Below are positions 8,817-17,587 of a DNA stretch of 64,000 nucleotides, piece after piece; within the stretch, counting starts at the first letter, position 1; each line of letters starts with the position of its first letter. The notes beneath the pieces were generated by a model. That model worked only from the letters and a program-made list of their open reading frames with translations, did not search any database and was not told the DNA's origin. The stretch is from positions 248,001 through 312,000 of IMG/VR virus record IMGVR_UViG_3300046692_000091. One strand, given 5' to 3'. The translations under genes and the position numbers were made by a program.

Positions 8817-9896
8817 TTATGTCAAGTCACGGATTAGGTCTTCTACATCTTTAACCAAACGTTGCATCATTGGCGATGAACCATTCATCTTAAGTGATTG
8901 CGAATGGATAGACTCACGGAGTTCATAAAGGATCTCGTTGGTCTGTGTCTTATCGTAACTGGGTGCTTGCTTTAAGCTATCTACTAGGTACTTGATGAAT
9001 GGAACTCGCGCTAATGCTAAGGCCCACTCGTTTTGCAGTGTCACAGGTCCCTTAGGGAGTTGTAGGACTTGATACAGAGAATCCTTAAGCAGCATAGGGG
9101 TCATCTGTGCAAGCTCTACCACCATGCCTGTACGCATTGTCCGTTGACTTAATGTATTCTTAGCCATGCCGTCTGTTACAGGGGTAAGGTCAGGAATATA
9201 GAAAGGATGCGGTAGTGGGTACTTGGTATTTGGCAACTTGTACGCCATGCGGGATAATCGGTTGAAATACGCAATCTCCAAATAGGATTCCAAGCAATTA
9301 ACCAAAGCGTAGGAGCCAATGAATTTGTACATGTTAATCGCTTCGGGTTCAACTGTGCCGAAGTTGCTAAACACCCAGTGTCGATATTGAACCATCAGCA
9401 TTGGAATGTTAATAAGCAGTACGCCATAGCCTTTACCCGGAGTACGGTTATTCATGATGGGTAAGTTGATATCACTACGAGAGTGATAAAGATAGCGTAA
9501 AGGTTTTAGATCCCTCCAACTAGCTTTCAAGTTAGTCGTAGGGAATCGTTCGATGGATGAGATCACCACTTCTTCACATTGTGGACCGAGTGTTGCTCCA
9601 GCCTCGAATATCTTTCCTCTATTAATAGCATCACATAGTCCAAGAGTTCGAGTCAGGCCTCTGGCTTGATCCTCTACCTTCTTGGCCCATGTGGCGTCAT
9701 CACTCCGAAACTCCAATACGAAATGATTAATAATCATTGCGAGAAGATTTTTGCTGTCCACTATCTTAGGGAAACGCCGATAGTAGTTTGTTACGTCCTG
9801 GATCTGCTGCTTTACTTGCCGCTGGATATAAGGACGTTTGGGATCATACGTGACCCCCTTGCTACCAATTGGGTCTTCTCTGAAGAGTGCGTACAT
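8817..9896 (-). CDS. conserved virion-associated protein, phiKZ gp52-like
   Basis: 359 aa from ATG 9896 (MYALF); minus-strand gene two genes before chimallin, matching family synteny. Confidence 0.65.
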   Translation of the reverse strand: MYALFREDPIGSKGVTYDPKRPYIQRQVKQQIQDVTNYYRRFPKIVDSKNLLAMIINHFVLEFRSDDATWAKKVEDQARGLTRTLGLCDAINRGKIFEAGATLGPQCEEVVISSIERFPTTNLKASWRDLKPLRYLYHSRSDINLPIMNNRTPGKGYGVLLINIPMLMVQYRHWVFSNFGTVEPEAINMYKFIGSYALVNCLESYLEIAYFNRLSRMAYKLPNTKYPLPHPFYIPDLTPVTDGMAKNTLSQRTMRTGMVVELAQMTPMLLKDSLYQVLQLPKGPVTLQNEWALALARVPFIKYLVDSLKQAPSYDKTQTNEILYELRESIHSQSLKMNGSSPMMQRLVKDVEDLIRDLT

Positions 9897-9912
9897 GTGA
9901 ATGTTCCATTGC

Positions 9913-9936
9913 AAAAAAAGTCAGATATATATCATT
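9913..9936 (+). promoter_or_regulatory. probable early (virion RNAP) promoter variant
   Basis: AAAAAAAGTCAGATATATATCATT resembles the AAAAAATCTCAGATCTATATTAC copies. Confidence 0.55.
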
Positions 9937-9967
9937 AAACTGCTAATCCCAGCTGTAAGGATTCTTG

Positions 9968-11164
9968 ATGTTTACAAATGCTTATAAAGCAGCATGTGCT
10001 AATGGCTTCGTCGGTGACGTTGACCAGTTCATTACCGCTCTTCGTCAATCCCCGAAAAAGGAACAAACCATGGACTACGGTCAAACCAAACTCTCTTCTG
10101 TCTCCGCTCAGGAACATGCTGTGAATAAAGTAACCCCTGGTAACGATTCCTTCATCCGCCTGTTGGCTAGCTTGTTTGGCCCAGAAATCTTCTCGAGTCT
10201 GCAGCCAGTTGAACTCGATGTTCCTCGTCCAACCATGCAAGGTGTTGAAGACATGGGTATGTACCAGTTGCATCCTGAGTTGTTCATGTCGGAAAAGAAC
10301 TATGAAATCCCGGAAAAGGTTGTTGCTTCTGGCCAACCAGAAACCATCCAGAACTACATCACCCTCAAGATGATTCCTGCCTTCCTGCAGAAACTGGCAG
10401 AAGCAATCGAGACACACAAAGGTAAGGGCTTCGATCTGCTGCGTGAACAACGTAAACTGATCAATCGCCTGAACAAGCTGATGAGCTACCAAGCTCGTCC
10501 AATGAGCATTATCCCAACTGCAATCCATGACGAATACGAACTGGCGATCTACAAGAACTATGTCGCTCAACAGATCTGTTCGACTAACTTGACCTTGGAC
10601 AAAGGCCTGGATCTGGTTAATGCCGCTGCAAACGGTCTGGCTGACCGTCAGGAAGCTTGCCGTATCAATGAAGAGAAGCAAGCAGCAGCCAAGTTCGATA
10701 AAGCCAAGCGCACGGCTACCGAAGAGGTACTGCGTGATCTGGTAAGTAATATTGGTTCTGTGCCAGCTGATGAACTGGCATTGCGTCTGCGTGGCATTGC
10801 TGAAGAGTTTGCTCCAGCCAAGCCAGTGGATGCCTTCAAACAAGGTTTCAAGGAAGTAATGGATGCAGCTGCCCCAAATCGTTCTGATGTAAAAATCAGC
10901 CTCGATCCAAGTGATAGTCGTCCACTGGATAAGATCGTGCCTTCGTTCCAACGTCAGCTCATGGGTAGTCTCCGTACCATGACACCAGAAGACATTGCTC
11001 GATTGGTAAATAGTTCTATTGTTCCTGAAGATATCCGTGGATGGAACCCAGGCAATCGCGGGCAAACTAACCTGGGTGGTTTTCTCTGCCGCCCAAGCTT
11101 GCATCCAATGGATGGCCCAATGGGTCAAGGCATGATGTCCCATCACTTCGCTAATCGGGATTAA
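9968..11164 (+). CDS. conserved chimallin-adjacent protein, phiKZ gp53-like
   Basis: ~398 aa, TAAGGA RBS, helical/coiled-coil composition, immediately upstream of chimallin. Confidence 0.7.
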   Translation: MFTNAYKAACANGFVGDVDQFITALRQSPKKEQTMDYGQTKLSSVSAQEHAVNKVTPGNDSFIRLLASLFGPEIFSSLQPVELDVPRPTMQGVEDMGMYQLHPELFMSEKNYEIPEKVVASGQPETIQNYITLKMIPAFLQKLAEAIETHKGKGFDLLREQRKLINRLNKLMSYQARPMSIIPTAIHDEYELAIYKNYVAQQICSTNLTLDKGLDLVNAAANGLADRQEACRINEEKQAAAKFDKAKRTATEEVLRDLVSNIGSVPADELALRLRGIAEEFAPAKPVDAFKQGFKEVMDAAAPNRSDVKISLDPSDSRPLDKIVPSFQRQLMGSLRTMTPEDIARLVNSSIVPEDIRGWNPGNRGQTNLGGFLCRPSLHPMDGPMGQGMMSHHFANRD

Positions 11165-11338
11165 AATACTGACAGCTATCATTTAATACAGGAGATTGCC
11201 GAAAGGTTCTCGAATGGTTAAGTGTATGGCCCGCACTCTAGGCGAGTTCACTTAAGTGTGTTAATGTGTGCTTATTATATAGCAGACAAACTCGTCTGAA
11301 ACCTTAGCGCTTATTGCGCTGTAGTTATAGCCTGAATA

Positions 11339-11368
11339 GAAAAAATCTCAGATCTATATTACTACTTT
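11339..11368 (+). promoter_or_regulatory. early promoter of chimallin (TATATTAC class)
   Basis: GAAAAAATCTCAGATCTATATTACTACTTT contains the phiKZ early consensus TATATTAC; exact 30-bp copy at 21564-21593. Confidence 0.85.
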
Positions 11369-11434
11369 GAATCTATCCAGCAATTGAATAGACTCTTCTT
11401 GATCAAGAAAACGAAATCGTAAAAGGAAAGCAAC

Positions 11435-13336
11435 ATGTCGGTAAATTCTAGCAAAACTGCAGCTCTGAACGTTCAGCCAACCATGGCTCCTGCTGCACCA
11501 GTAGTAACTCCACAATCCCAACCTGCTCAGGTAACACAAACAATGCAACCAGCTCTCCCAGTTTCCAATGGTATCGGTGGTCTCAACCGTACCTTCAGCC
11601 GTTCCGGTCGTGCCGATGGCAATGATGCCCGCACCACCAAGGCTTTCGTAGCATTCAGCGAAGCACAGAAAGAAGCAATCGAACAGCAAGACCTGTCGGA
11701 TACCTTCCACCTGTTCCGCTTCGACCGCACTGCTCACCAAGTAGCAATGGCGTCGATCCTGGTTCTGAAACTGGTTGATAACCGCGGTAAGCCAGCAATC
11801 CTGGTTAAAGCTCTGCCGATCGTCGATGCTTCCGCAATCGTCAAGCCGAAGACTTTCCAGATCGCTAACGGTTTCAGCACTTTCGACAAGTTCGAATCCA
11901 AGCCTGATTCCGGTGACATCTTCACTCCGCTGTACTGGGGTCGGATCGTTGCTCACGTTCGTCAAGTAACTGGTCACCCAGATGCTACCGTTTACAACGC
12001 TGGTCCACAGGACATCCACGCTGAGTTCGACTTCGAAGACAAGATTGCCGTGCGCAACCTGTTGATCAAAGCAGTTAACTCGGTTGAAGACACCATGGCT
12101 CGCCTGAGTGATGAGCGTCCGTTCTCCCTGGCTACCGACATGCAATCCGCTGACGAAATCCTGGCGGCTACCATCGACTATACCGGTACTCCGGTTGAAT
12201 CGAACACCGGTATCCCACAGCGTGCGGACATGGTCGTAAGCCTGCAGCGCCGTAAGAAGCACAGCAACCAACAGGTTCAGGAAAACGAGTACTACGATGC
12301 TGACTCTCAGCTGAACTCGGTTTCGATGTTCGTCGATCTGGAATACTCGCCTCAGCAAGTACAACAAGTCTTCGGCATGCCAGCTGGTCCACTGCCACCT
12401 CCGTTCATGCCAGCTCTGGTAATCACGGCTGTTAAGCAAGCGAACTGGATCATGGCTAACACCCCAGAAATGTACTTCTTCGCTCTGGGTAACGCATACC
12501 GTGCAACCAACGGTCAAGGCTGGGCTAAACAGTTCCTGCCAACCATCGGTCGTATCAAAGATCCACGTGACATCGGTGCTGTTGGTTACCTGACTGCAAA
12601 TGGTCTGAAAGTTGAGACCAAGTCCGAAACCTTCACCGAGCAAGACTTCGCTGGTCTGATGTTCTCCCAAGTTCAGCAGAACCCAGTCATCATGATCGAC
12701 CTGAACCGCATGGGTGATAACTCGTTCATCGAAACCATGATCATCGATTCGATGGGTGGTCCAAACGAGCAAGCTGCTAAAGCTGGCCTGGTACGTATCT
12801 TCTGCAACCTGTACGGTCGTGAGAACTTCACCTCGCTGTTCGATGTGAACAACGAATGGCTGTTCCGTCCATACGGCACCGACTTCCACCTGGGTTACTA
12901 CCCAGATGAGAATGGCGAGCGTCGTGACCGTCGTGATCTGGATACCCTGTACGCACTGAACGCATGTGATGGTGTTGTTGCAGAGTTCATGGATTGGTAC
13001 GCAGCTAAGTGCAACCCTAACGTCCACGCTGAAGTTCGTCTGAAGAAGTCGGAACAGTACGACAAGCAATACCTGGGTAACGTAACTTACGCTGGCCGTG
13101 TTACTCGTGCCATCGTCAACCCGAAACTGATCGCTGCTATGGATGCTGCACAAGCGAAAGCTGGTATCGCAGTCACCATGGACAACATCGGTTCCGTGTT
13201 CGGTGGTCAGCGCTTCCAGGGTAACGTTGGTCTGGTTGGCATGAACGTTCAAGGCATTGCCTCGGTCGCTTCCTACATCCAGAACCAAAACGTCTACGCT
13301 CCGGCAGTAGGTGGCATGACTGGTCTGATGTACTAA
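11435..13336 (+). CDS. chmA: chimallin, major phage nuclear shell protein
   Basis: 633 aa; GGLNRTFSRSG..G.DAR, FRFDR..HQV, RNLLIKAVN, TPEMYFFAL.NA, RDRRDLD, GQRF.GN align with recalled 201phi2-1 gp105/phiKZ gp54. Confidence 0.95.
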   Translation: MSVNSSKTAALNVQPTMAPAAPVVTPQSQPAQVTQTMQPALPVSNGIGGLNRTFSRSGRADGNDARTTKAFVAFSEAQKEAIEQQDLSDTFHLFRFDRTAHQVAMASILVLKLVDNRGKPAILVKALPIVDASAIVKPKTFQIANGFSTFDKFESKPDSGDIFTPLYWGRIVAHVRQVTGHPDATVYNAGPQDIHAEFDFEDKIAVRNLLIKAVNSVEDTMARLSDERPFSLATDMQSADEILAATIDYTGTPVESNTGIPQRADMVVSLQRRKKHSNQQVQENEYYDADSQLNSVSMFVDLEYSPQQVQQVFGMPAGPLPPPFMPALVITAVKQANWIMANTPEMYFFALGNAYRATNGQGWAKQFLPTIGRIKDPRDIGAVGYLTANGLKVETKSETFTEQDFAGLMFSQVQQNPVIMIDLNRMGDNSFIETMIIDSMGGPNEQAAKAGLVRIFCNLYGRENFTSLFDVNNEWLFRPYGTDFHLGYYPDENGERRDRRDLDTLYALNACDGVVAEFMDWYAAKCNPNVHAEVRLKKSEQYDKQYLGNVTYAGRVTRAIVNPKLIAAMDAAQAKAGIAVTMDNIGSVFGGQRFQGNVGLVGMNVQGIASVASYIQNQNVYAPAVGGMTGLMY

Positions 13337-13342
13337 GACCTG

Positions 13343-13452
13343 ATTAACCAGTTGGTAAATTGGTGTATTGCCGAAGCGTCACGATAAAGAGCGGAGGGAA
13401 GTTTCGTGAACGACAATACATCAGTCCAGGCTCCGTTGGTGGACTGGTTGAT
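13343..13452 (+). ncRNA. putative structured RNA element in the chimallin 3' UTR (multi-stem, possible kissing loop)
   Basis: Hand-derived pairings 13343-52/13443-52, 13362-70/13414-22, 13377-84/13404-12, 13425-28/13439-42, loop-loop 13390-96/13431-37; no family assigned. Confidence 0.5.
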
Positions 13453-13466
13453 AAGTTAGATAGGAA

Positions 13467-13502
13467 TGGCTCCCTTCGGGGAGCCACTCTTATTTCTTTT
13501 TT
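13467..13502 (+). terminator. chimallin terminator
   Basis: tggctccc-TTCG-gggagcca followed by a T-rich tract. Confidence 0.8.
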
Positions 13503-13525
13503 GTTAGTTTGTATCGAGGTATGAA

Positions 13526-15046
13526 TTGGGTCTACATGCTGAAATTGTCGATCACGATCAACTATTAGCGAGTCAACGAGGAATCGTAAAGTTCGCTAAC
13601 GATTACAATGCATCCAATACTGAGTCGAAAGAAGAGTTCCAACGAGCTCTATATTCTCACTTCGATAACGTAGATGCCATTGAAGTATCGGCTAGTTGTG
13701 AATGTGGTCATATGGACGAGGCTTATGACCTCGGCGTTGTGTGCAGTAACTGTAGTACACCTGTAGTATCCACAGCAAGCCAACCGATTGTGCCATCCAT
13801 GTGGATGCGTGCACCAGAAGGCGTTCGATCGATGATCTCTCCGGAGTTATTGATCATGTTGCTGGGACACATGCAGGGCAAGGAGTTCAACTTCCTAGCG
13901 TACTTCATGGATACGACGTATCAATTTGATGCTAATACCATTTCCTCTCGCGAAACAGATCGCAAGGTAAAGCGACTGCTGCAACAAAACATTCCACGGG
14001 GCTTGAACTATTTCATCGACAACTTCGATGCGATCATTAAGTTCTGTATGGACTGCGGTATCATTGGTACTGGCAAACATGAGTTCTATGAATTCTTGGT
14101 GCAGAATAAGCATGCCTTGTTCCCAACAGCTATTCCGATTCCAACCAAACTCTGCTTCGTCGTAGAATCCACAACATCGGGTTCCTATATCGACAAGCCT
14201 ATCGGTCCTGCGATCGATGCTGCTCTCACAATGGGTGGTATCCAACATAGCCCGATTCCACTGAAACCAATCACAGTACAGAACCGTACTGCGAAAGCAT
14301 TGTTACTCATGGCGATGTTCCATGAGAACTATAACAAGCAGCGTATCGCACAGAAGCCTGGTCTGGTTCGTCGACACGTATTGGGTGGCCGTCTCAACTT
14401 CACCGCTCGGGCAGTAATTACATCGATCAGTGCACCGCACCGTTATGATGAACTTCACATCCCATGGGGCGTTGCATGTCAGCTGTTTAAATATCACATC
14501 TTGAACAAGCTCAAGCGTCAAGGCATGACTACAATGGAAGCCCTGGGTTTCCTGTATTCGAATGTGTTGCAGTATAACGATCGGTTGAATAGTGTCTTCC
14601 TGGAACTCATCGCAGAAGCGAAAGAGATTGGTCCAGCATCCACCTTCCACCGAAATCCAACTCTGCAGCGTGGTTCTACTCAGCAGTTCTTCATCACGAA
14701 AATCAAGACAGACTTGACCGATAACTCGATCTCGATGTCCGTGCTGTGTTTGAAAGCACCTAACGCCGACTTCGATGGCGATCAGCTCAACCTGACCCTG
14801 ATGCCAGATAACTATCTGACTGATGCTACGGAACGAATCGCTCCACACACGTGGGTATTATCGATTGATGATCCACACGAAATCTCTGGTAACCTGGAAC
14901 TTCAAGGGCCAGTGGTAGAAACGATCGTGAACTATGCTCACGAAGATTATCTGGGTGCTCCTCCTGAAGCATACCGTCACTTGCTGGATGAGGAGTGGAC
15001 TGAGTTCGTTCCATTCAAGCAGGCCAAGTATGAATTCACTGGATAG
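13526..15046 (+). CDS. non-virion RNA polymerase beta'-like subunit, N-terminal/catalytic part (phiKZ gp55-like)
   Basis: NADFDGD catalytic motif, CxC...CxxC Zn site, FHRNPTLQRG; TTG start with GAGGT RBS; uninterrupted. Confidence 0.95.
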   Translation: MGLHAEIVDHDQLLASQRGIVKFANDYNASNTESKEEFQRALYSHFDNVDAIEVSASCECGHMDEAYDLGVVCSNCSTPVVSTASQPIVPSMWMRAPEGVRSMISPELLIMLLGHMQGKEFNFLAYFMDTTYQFDANTISSRETDRKVKRLLQQNIPRGLNYFIDNFDAIIKFCMDCGIIGTGKHEFYEFLVQNKHALFPTAIPIPTKLCFVVESTTSGSYIDKPIGPAIDAALTMGGIQHSPIPLKPITVQNRTAKALLLMAMFHENYNKQRIAQKPGLVRRHVLGGRLNFTARAVITSISAPHRYDELHIPWGVACQLFKYHILNKLKRQGMTTMEALGFLYSNVLQYNDRLNSVFLELIAEAKEIGPASTFHRNPTLQRGSTQQFFITKIKTDLTDNSISMSVLCLKAPNADFDGDQLNLTLMPDNYLTDATERIAPHTWVLSIDDPHEISGNLELQGPVVETIVNYAHEDYLGAPPEAYRHLLDEEWTEFVPFKQAKYEFTG

Positions 15047-15266
15047 GCTTAACAAATATGAACCCTACACAACAGGGTACGTGGTATTAGGGGACCGATG
15101 GAGTAGATGGTGGGTACCTGCAATTATCCTTGGTCGTGTAAACGGTCATCGGAGAGTTGTGGATTACGACGGTAACCATTGGTTCATTGATGTCGAAGAG
15201 CAATTCAGTCTGACCCAACCATGGCGTGGTAAGCGAACCAACTTATACTCCGTGAGCAAAATCTAA
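15030..15266 (+). CDS. small beta-rich hypothetical protein
   Basis: 78 aa from ATG 15030 (MNSLDRL) within the track ORF 14934-15266. Confidence 0.5.
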   Translation: MNSLDRLNKYEPYTTGYVVLGDRWSRWWVPAIILGRVNGHRRVVDYDGNHWFIDVEEQFSLTQPWRGKRTNLYSVSKI

Positions 15267-15280
15267 AGAGGAACAGGCTT

Positions 15281-15889
15281 ATGATGCAGGCACATGGTGT
15301 CGACCTTTTGGACATCTGTGCAGGTGGCCATTTGGATATGAATACCCAGTCTTGGCTGGGTGACAGATCTGATGCACTACGTGCAACAATCTCTACAACA
15401 GCTACAAACTTCTTTAACCAAGCAGCAACCCTGTACACCATGATCTCCACGAGCGATGCTGTACAAGCTCTGCGTAACCTCACGGTTAAGACAGAGAATG
15501 CATGGCAGTCTAACGTAGTGACGTATCTGCAGACAATCGAGCAAGTGCAGTGCGCACCGCTAGTGATGCAGCGATACATCATGGCTCAACCAGATATTCG
15601 TCAGATGTATCTGAATGGCGAAGTGTCTGGTTATGGCGAAAGCTATGAGAACCTGCATGGTGATGGAATTGCAGCGAAGCATTATGATTGGCGTCAAGTC
15701 ATGAGTGGCATTGCTGTAGTAGAAGACGACAGTTGGCAGCATACCACGTATGTAGAAGATACTCGTGACGACACAGAACTGACTGTGTTCGAGAAGGTGG
15801 ACATTCTCCGTACCTGGAACGTAGTGCAATCTGCGTTGAGTGCAGCTGAACAAGATCCAACTTCACCTGAAGGGTTGATGCTGGGTTAA
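15281..15889 (+). CDS. conserved Chimalliviridae core protein, probably phiKZ gp59-like (Imp3?)
   Basis: HGVDLLD...MQRYIMAQP..R..YLN..V.GY...Y...DPTSP; GAGGA RBS; synteny; gp number from memory. Confidence 0.6.
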   Translation: MMQAHGVDLLDICAGGHLDMNTQSWLGDRSDALRATISTTATNFFNQAATLYTMISTSDAVQALRNLTVKTENAWQSNVVTYLQTIEQVQCAPLVMQRYIMAQPDIRQMYLNGEVSGYGESYENLHGDGIAAKHYDWRQVMSGIAVVEDDSWQHTTYVEDTRDDTELTVFEKVDILRTWNVVQSALSAAEQDPTSPEGLMLG

Positions 15890-15900
15890 ACAACATAATC

Positions 15901-15924
15901 GCCTATCCTTCGGGATAGGCTTTT
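15901..15924 (+). terminator. intrinsic terminator
   Basis: gcctatcc-TTCG-ggataggc-TTTT. Confidence 0.75.
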
Positions 15925-15935
15925 GAGGGCTTCAT

Positions 15936-16217
15936 GTGGAACTGAAATATTCGAATCGGTTAGAACTGTTCGTGCATCAAACAGATGGTCGTCCAGTTAG
16001 TTTGGATCTGAGTAAGCTGGACCAACCAGGAAAAGCAAGTCTGCGGGATAGTGTTCGCACTTACCGTGTAGATGGATTGGAGCTGATCTGCGAACGCACT
16101 CGTGATGGCAATTGGCAACTCAGTGAAGCTATTAATAGCAAAGGCTTCATCTCTGATGTCCTTGTGGTTGCAGAAGACATGAAACTCCATGCGGCTATCC
16201 GAGGTACAGATGTTTAA
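15936..16217 (+). CDS. hypothetical protein
   Basis: 93 aa, GTG start after GAGGG. Confidence 0.6.
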   Translation: MELKYSNRLELFVHQTDGRPVSLDLSKLDQPGKASLRDSVRTYRVDGLELICERTRDGNWQLSEAINSKGFISDVLVVAEDMKLHAAIRGTDV

Positions 16218-16605
16218 TCCAATTCGTCACCCGTACCAAATCGGTGTAGAAGACGGCGGTGGTTCCATTCACTGCAATCGCATGTATTCGCCCCCAGAGA
16301 AACTGGTACAGCTCCGTTATCATGAAACCTTCCAACACTGGGTACATGGCCCAGAAGGTCGCATTGTTCTCGCATTCATGGGCGATGCACCAGAACCAGT
16401 TTGCGCAATCAATGAAGTGATCACTATTAAAATACGTGATTACGTTATTGAATGTAAGAAGACTGCCCCTGCACAGTTCATGATTCTAAAGATCAAAGCT
16501 AGCAATGGTGCACTTTTCAATACGTTGCAATTGCATCACACTGACCCACTCGTTAAAATGATTCGCGCCTTCGTGACGGTACCTGTCACTGACATGTATA
16601 AATGA
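16210..16605 (+). CDS. hypothetical protein
   Basis: GAGGT RBS before ATG 16210. Confidence 0.65.
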   Translation: MFNPIRHPYQIGVEDGGGSIHCNRMYSPPEKLVQLRYHETFQHWVHGPEGRIVLAFMGDAPEPVCAINEVITIKIRDYVIECKKTAPAQFMILKIKASNGALFNTLQLHHTDPLVKMIRAFVTVPVTDMYK

Positions 16606-17099
16606 TCATTGAGATCGACACGCATGGGCGTGAAACATATGTGATGCACAAAAACCCCGGTGCACTCTCAATCAAATTCGCTGATCAACAGGAAAGAAGA
16701 ATGACTACTCCAACCGCAGAACAAACCGTACCAACACCTGCCGCTAAACGGGGCCCTCGTTCTTTCGAAGGAGAAGTGTTCACTCTGGTCTACAATCCAG
16801 AAACCAGTCATTACGACCTGGCGTTTGAAGGTAAGCAATTCCCGATTCGTTTCCAAGCTCCTGAGGCATTCGGTGCTTTGATCAACCCACTGGCCGCTGG
16901 CATGAAGCACAAGTCGGGCCGCCATACCTTCAAGCTGGAATTCGAAGAAGATCGTCTGTCGTTGATCACCAATGATGATAACGTAGATGCCGATACTGCG
17001 TTGACTCGTTCGGTAACAGTTCGATTCGATTCGCCAATCAAAGAGTGGATTCGTGTAATCCTGGAACTGCCTGTTGAAAAGGCACTGCGCGCCAAGTAA
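16602..17099 (+). CDS. hypothetical protein
   Basis: ATGA-coupled start; second possible start at 16701 with AGGA. Confidence 0.7.
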   Translation: MIIEIDTHGRETYVMHKNPGALSIKFADQQERRMTTPTAEQTVPTPAAKRGPRSFEGEVFTLVYNPETSHYDLAFEGKQFPIRFQAPEAFGALINPLAAGMKHKSGRHTFKLEFEEDRLSLITNDDNVDADTALTRSVTVRFDSPIKEWIRVILELPVEKALRAK

Positions 17100-17105
17100 T
17101 ACATC

Positions 17106-17140
17106 GGGGACTTCGGTCCCCAACCCTTGTTTTTTCTTTC
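17106..17140 (+). terminator. intrinsic terminator
   Basis: ggggac-TTCG-gtcccc followed by a T-rich tract. Confidence 0.7.
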
Positions 17141-17179
17141 GGCTTACTCTATGACTCAATAAGAGAATAGGGTAATACC

Positions 17180-17587
17180 ATGGCCGAAAAATATATCCCC
17201 ACGATGAGTATCAAAGGTTGGATTGATCACCCTGAAGATAAAGCTGACTATGTCATCTCTTGCTTCATGGAATCGAACTATTCGATGTCTGTACTCCATC
17301 GTGACCAAAACATTTCATTACAATATCTGTTGAAGGTCTATGCTAACCGGATGTTAGATCTGGAAACTAGATTGCAAGATGAACTTGATGCCAAACTGAA
17401 AGCATCGTTTAATGAGCAGTCTAATGCAAACGTAACGGTTGTGGAAGATCCAGAGAATCCTAACCAATACACGATCAACTTTACAGGTTATGTAGTGACC
17501 GCTGAGAAAACGTTCACTGTGGGTTGGATGGTACAATTCCAAGACTCACGTGTACTCAAAATTGCCAAACTGAATAACGGTGTTTAA
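17180..17587 (+). CDS. conserved Chimalliviridae protein (gp62-like by synteny)
   Basis: IPTMS.KGW...P..K.D motif recalled from family core genes. Confidence 0.6.
   Translation: MAEKYIPTMSIKGWIDHPEDKADYVISCFMESNYSMSVLHRDQNISLQYLLKVYANRMLDLETRLQDELDAKLKASFNEQSNANVTVVEDPENPNQYTINFTGYVVTAEKTFTVGWMVQFQDSRVLKIAKLNNGV

Noticed and set aside
11354-13288. 644-aa antisense ORF over chimallin (similar shadows at 9935-11182, 23381-24583, 39400-40410, 4792-5451, 52407-53195, 57407-58060, 59003-59692)
   Set aside because: These are shadow frames of strongly codon-biased genes, with unnatural composition and no RBS or motifs
13337-13402. TPP-riboswitch-like words (ACCTGAT ... GCGGAGGGAAG) in the chimallin 3' UTR
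   Set aside because: The spacing is far longer than the TPP P5 arm, there is no CUGAGA/P3 module, and it sits in a 3' position; treated as coincidence
13395-13430. Cobalamin-riboswitch-like AGGGAA...GTGAA
   Set aside because: No CCCGCAACTGT B12-box continuation
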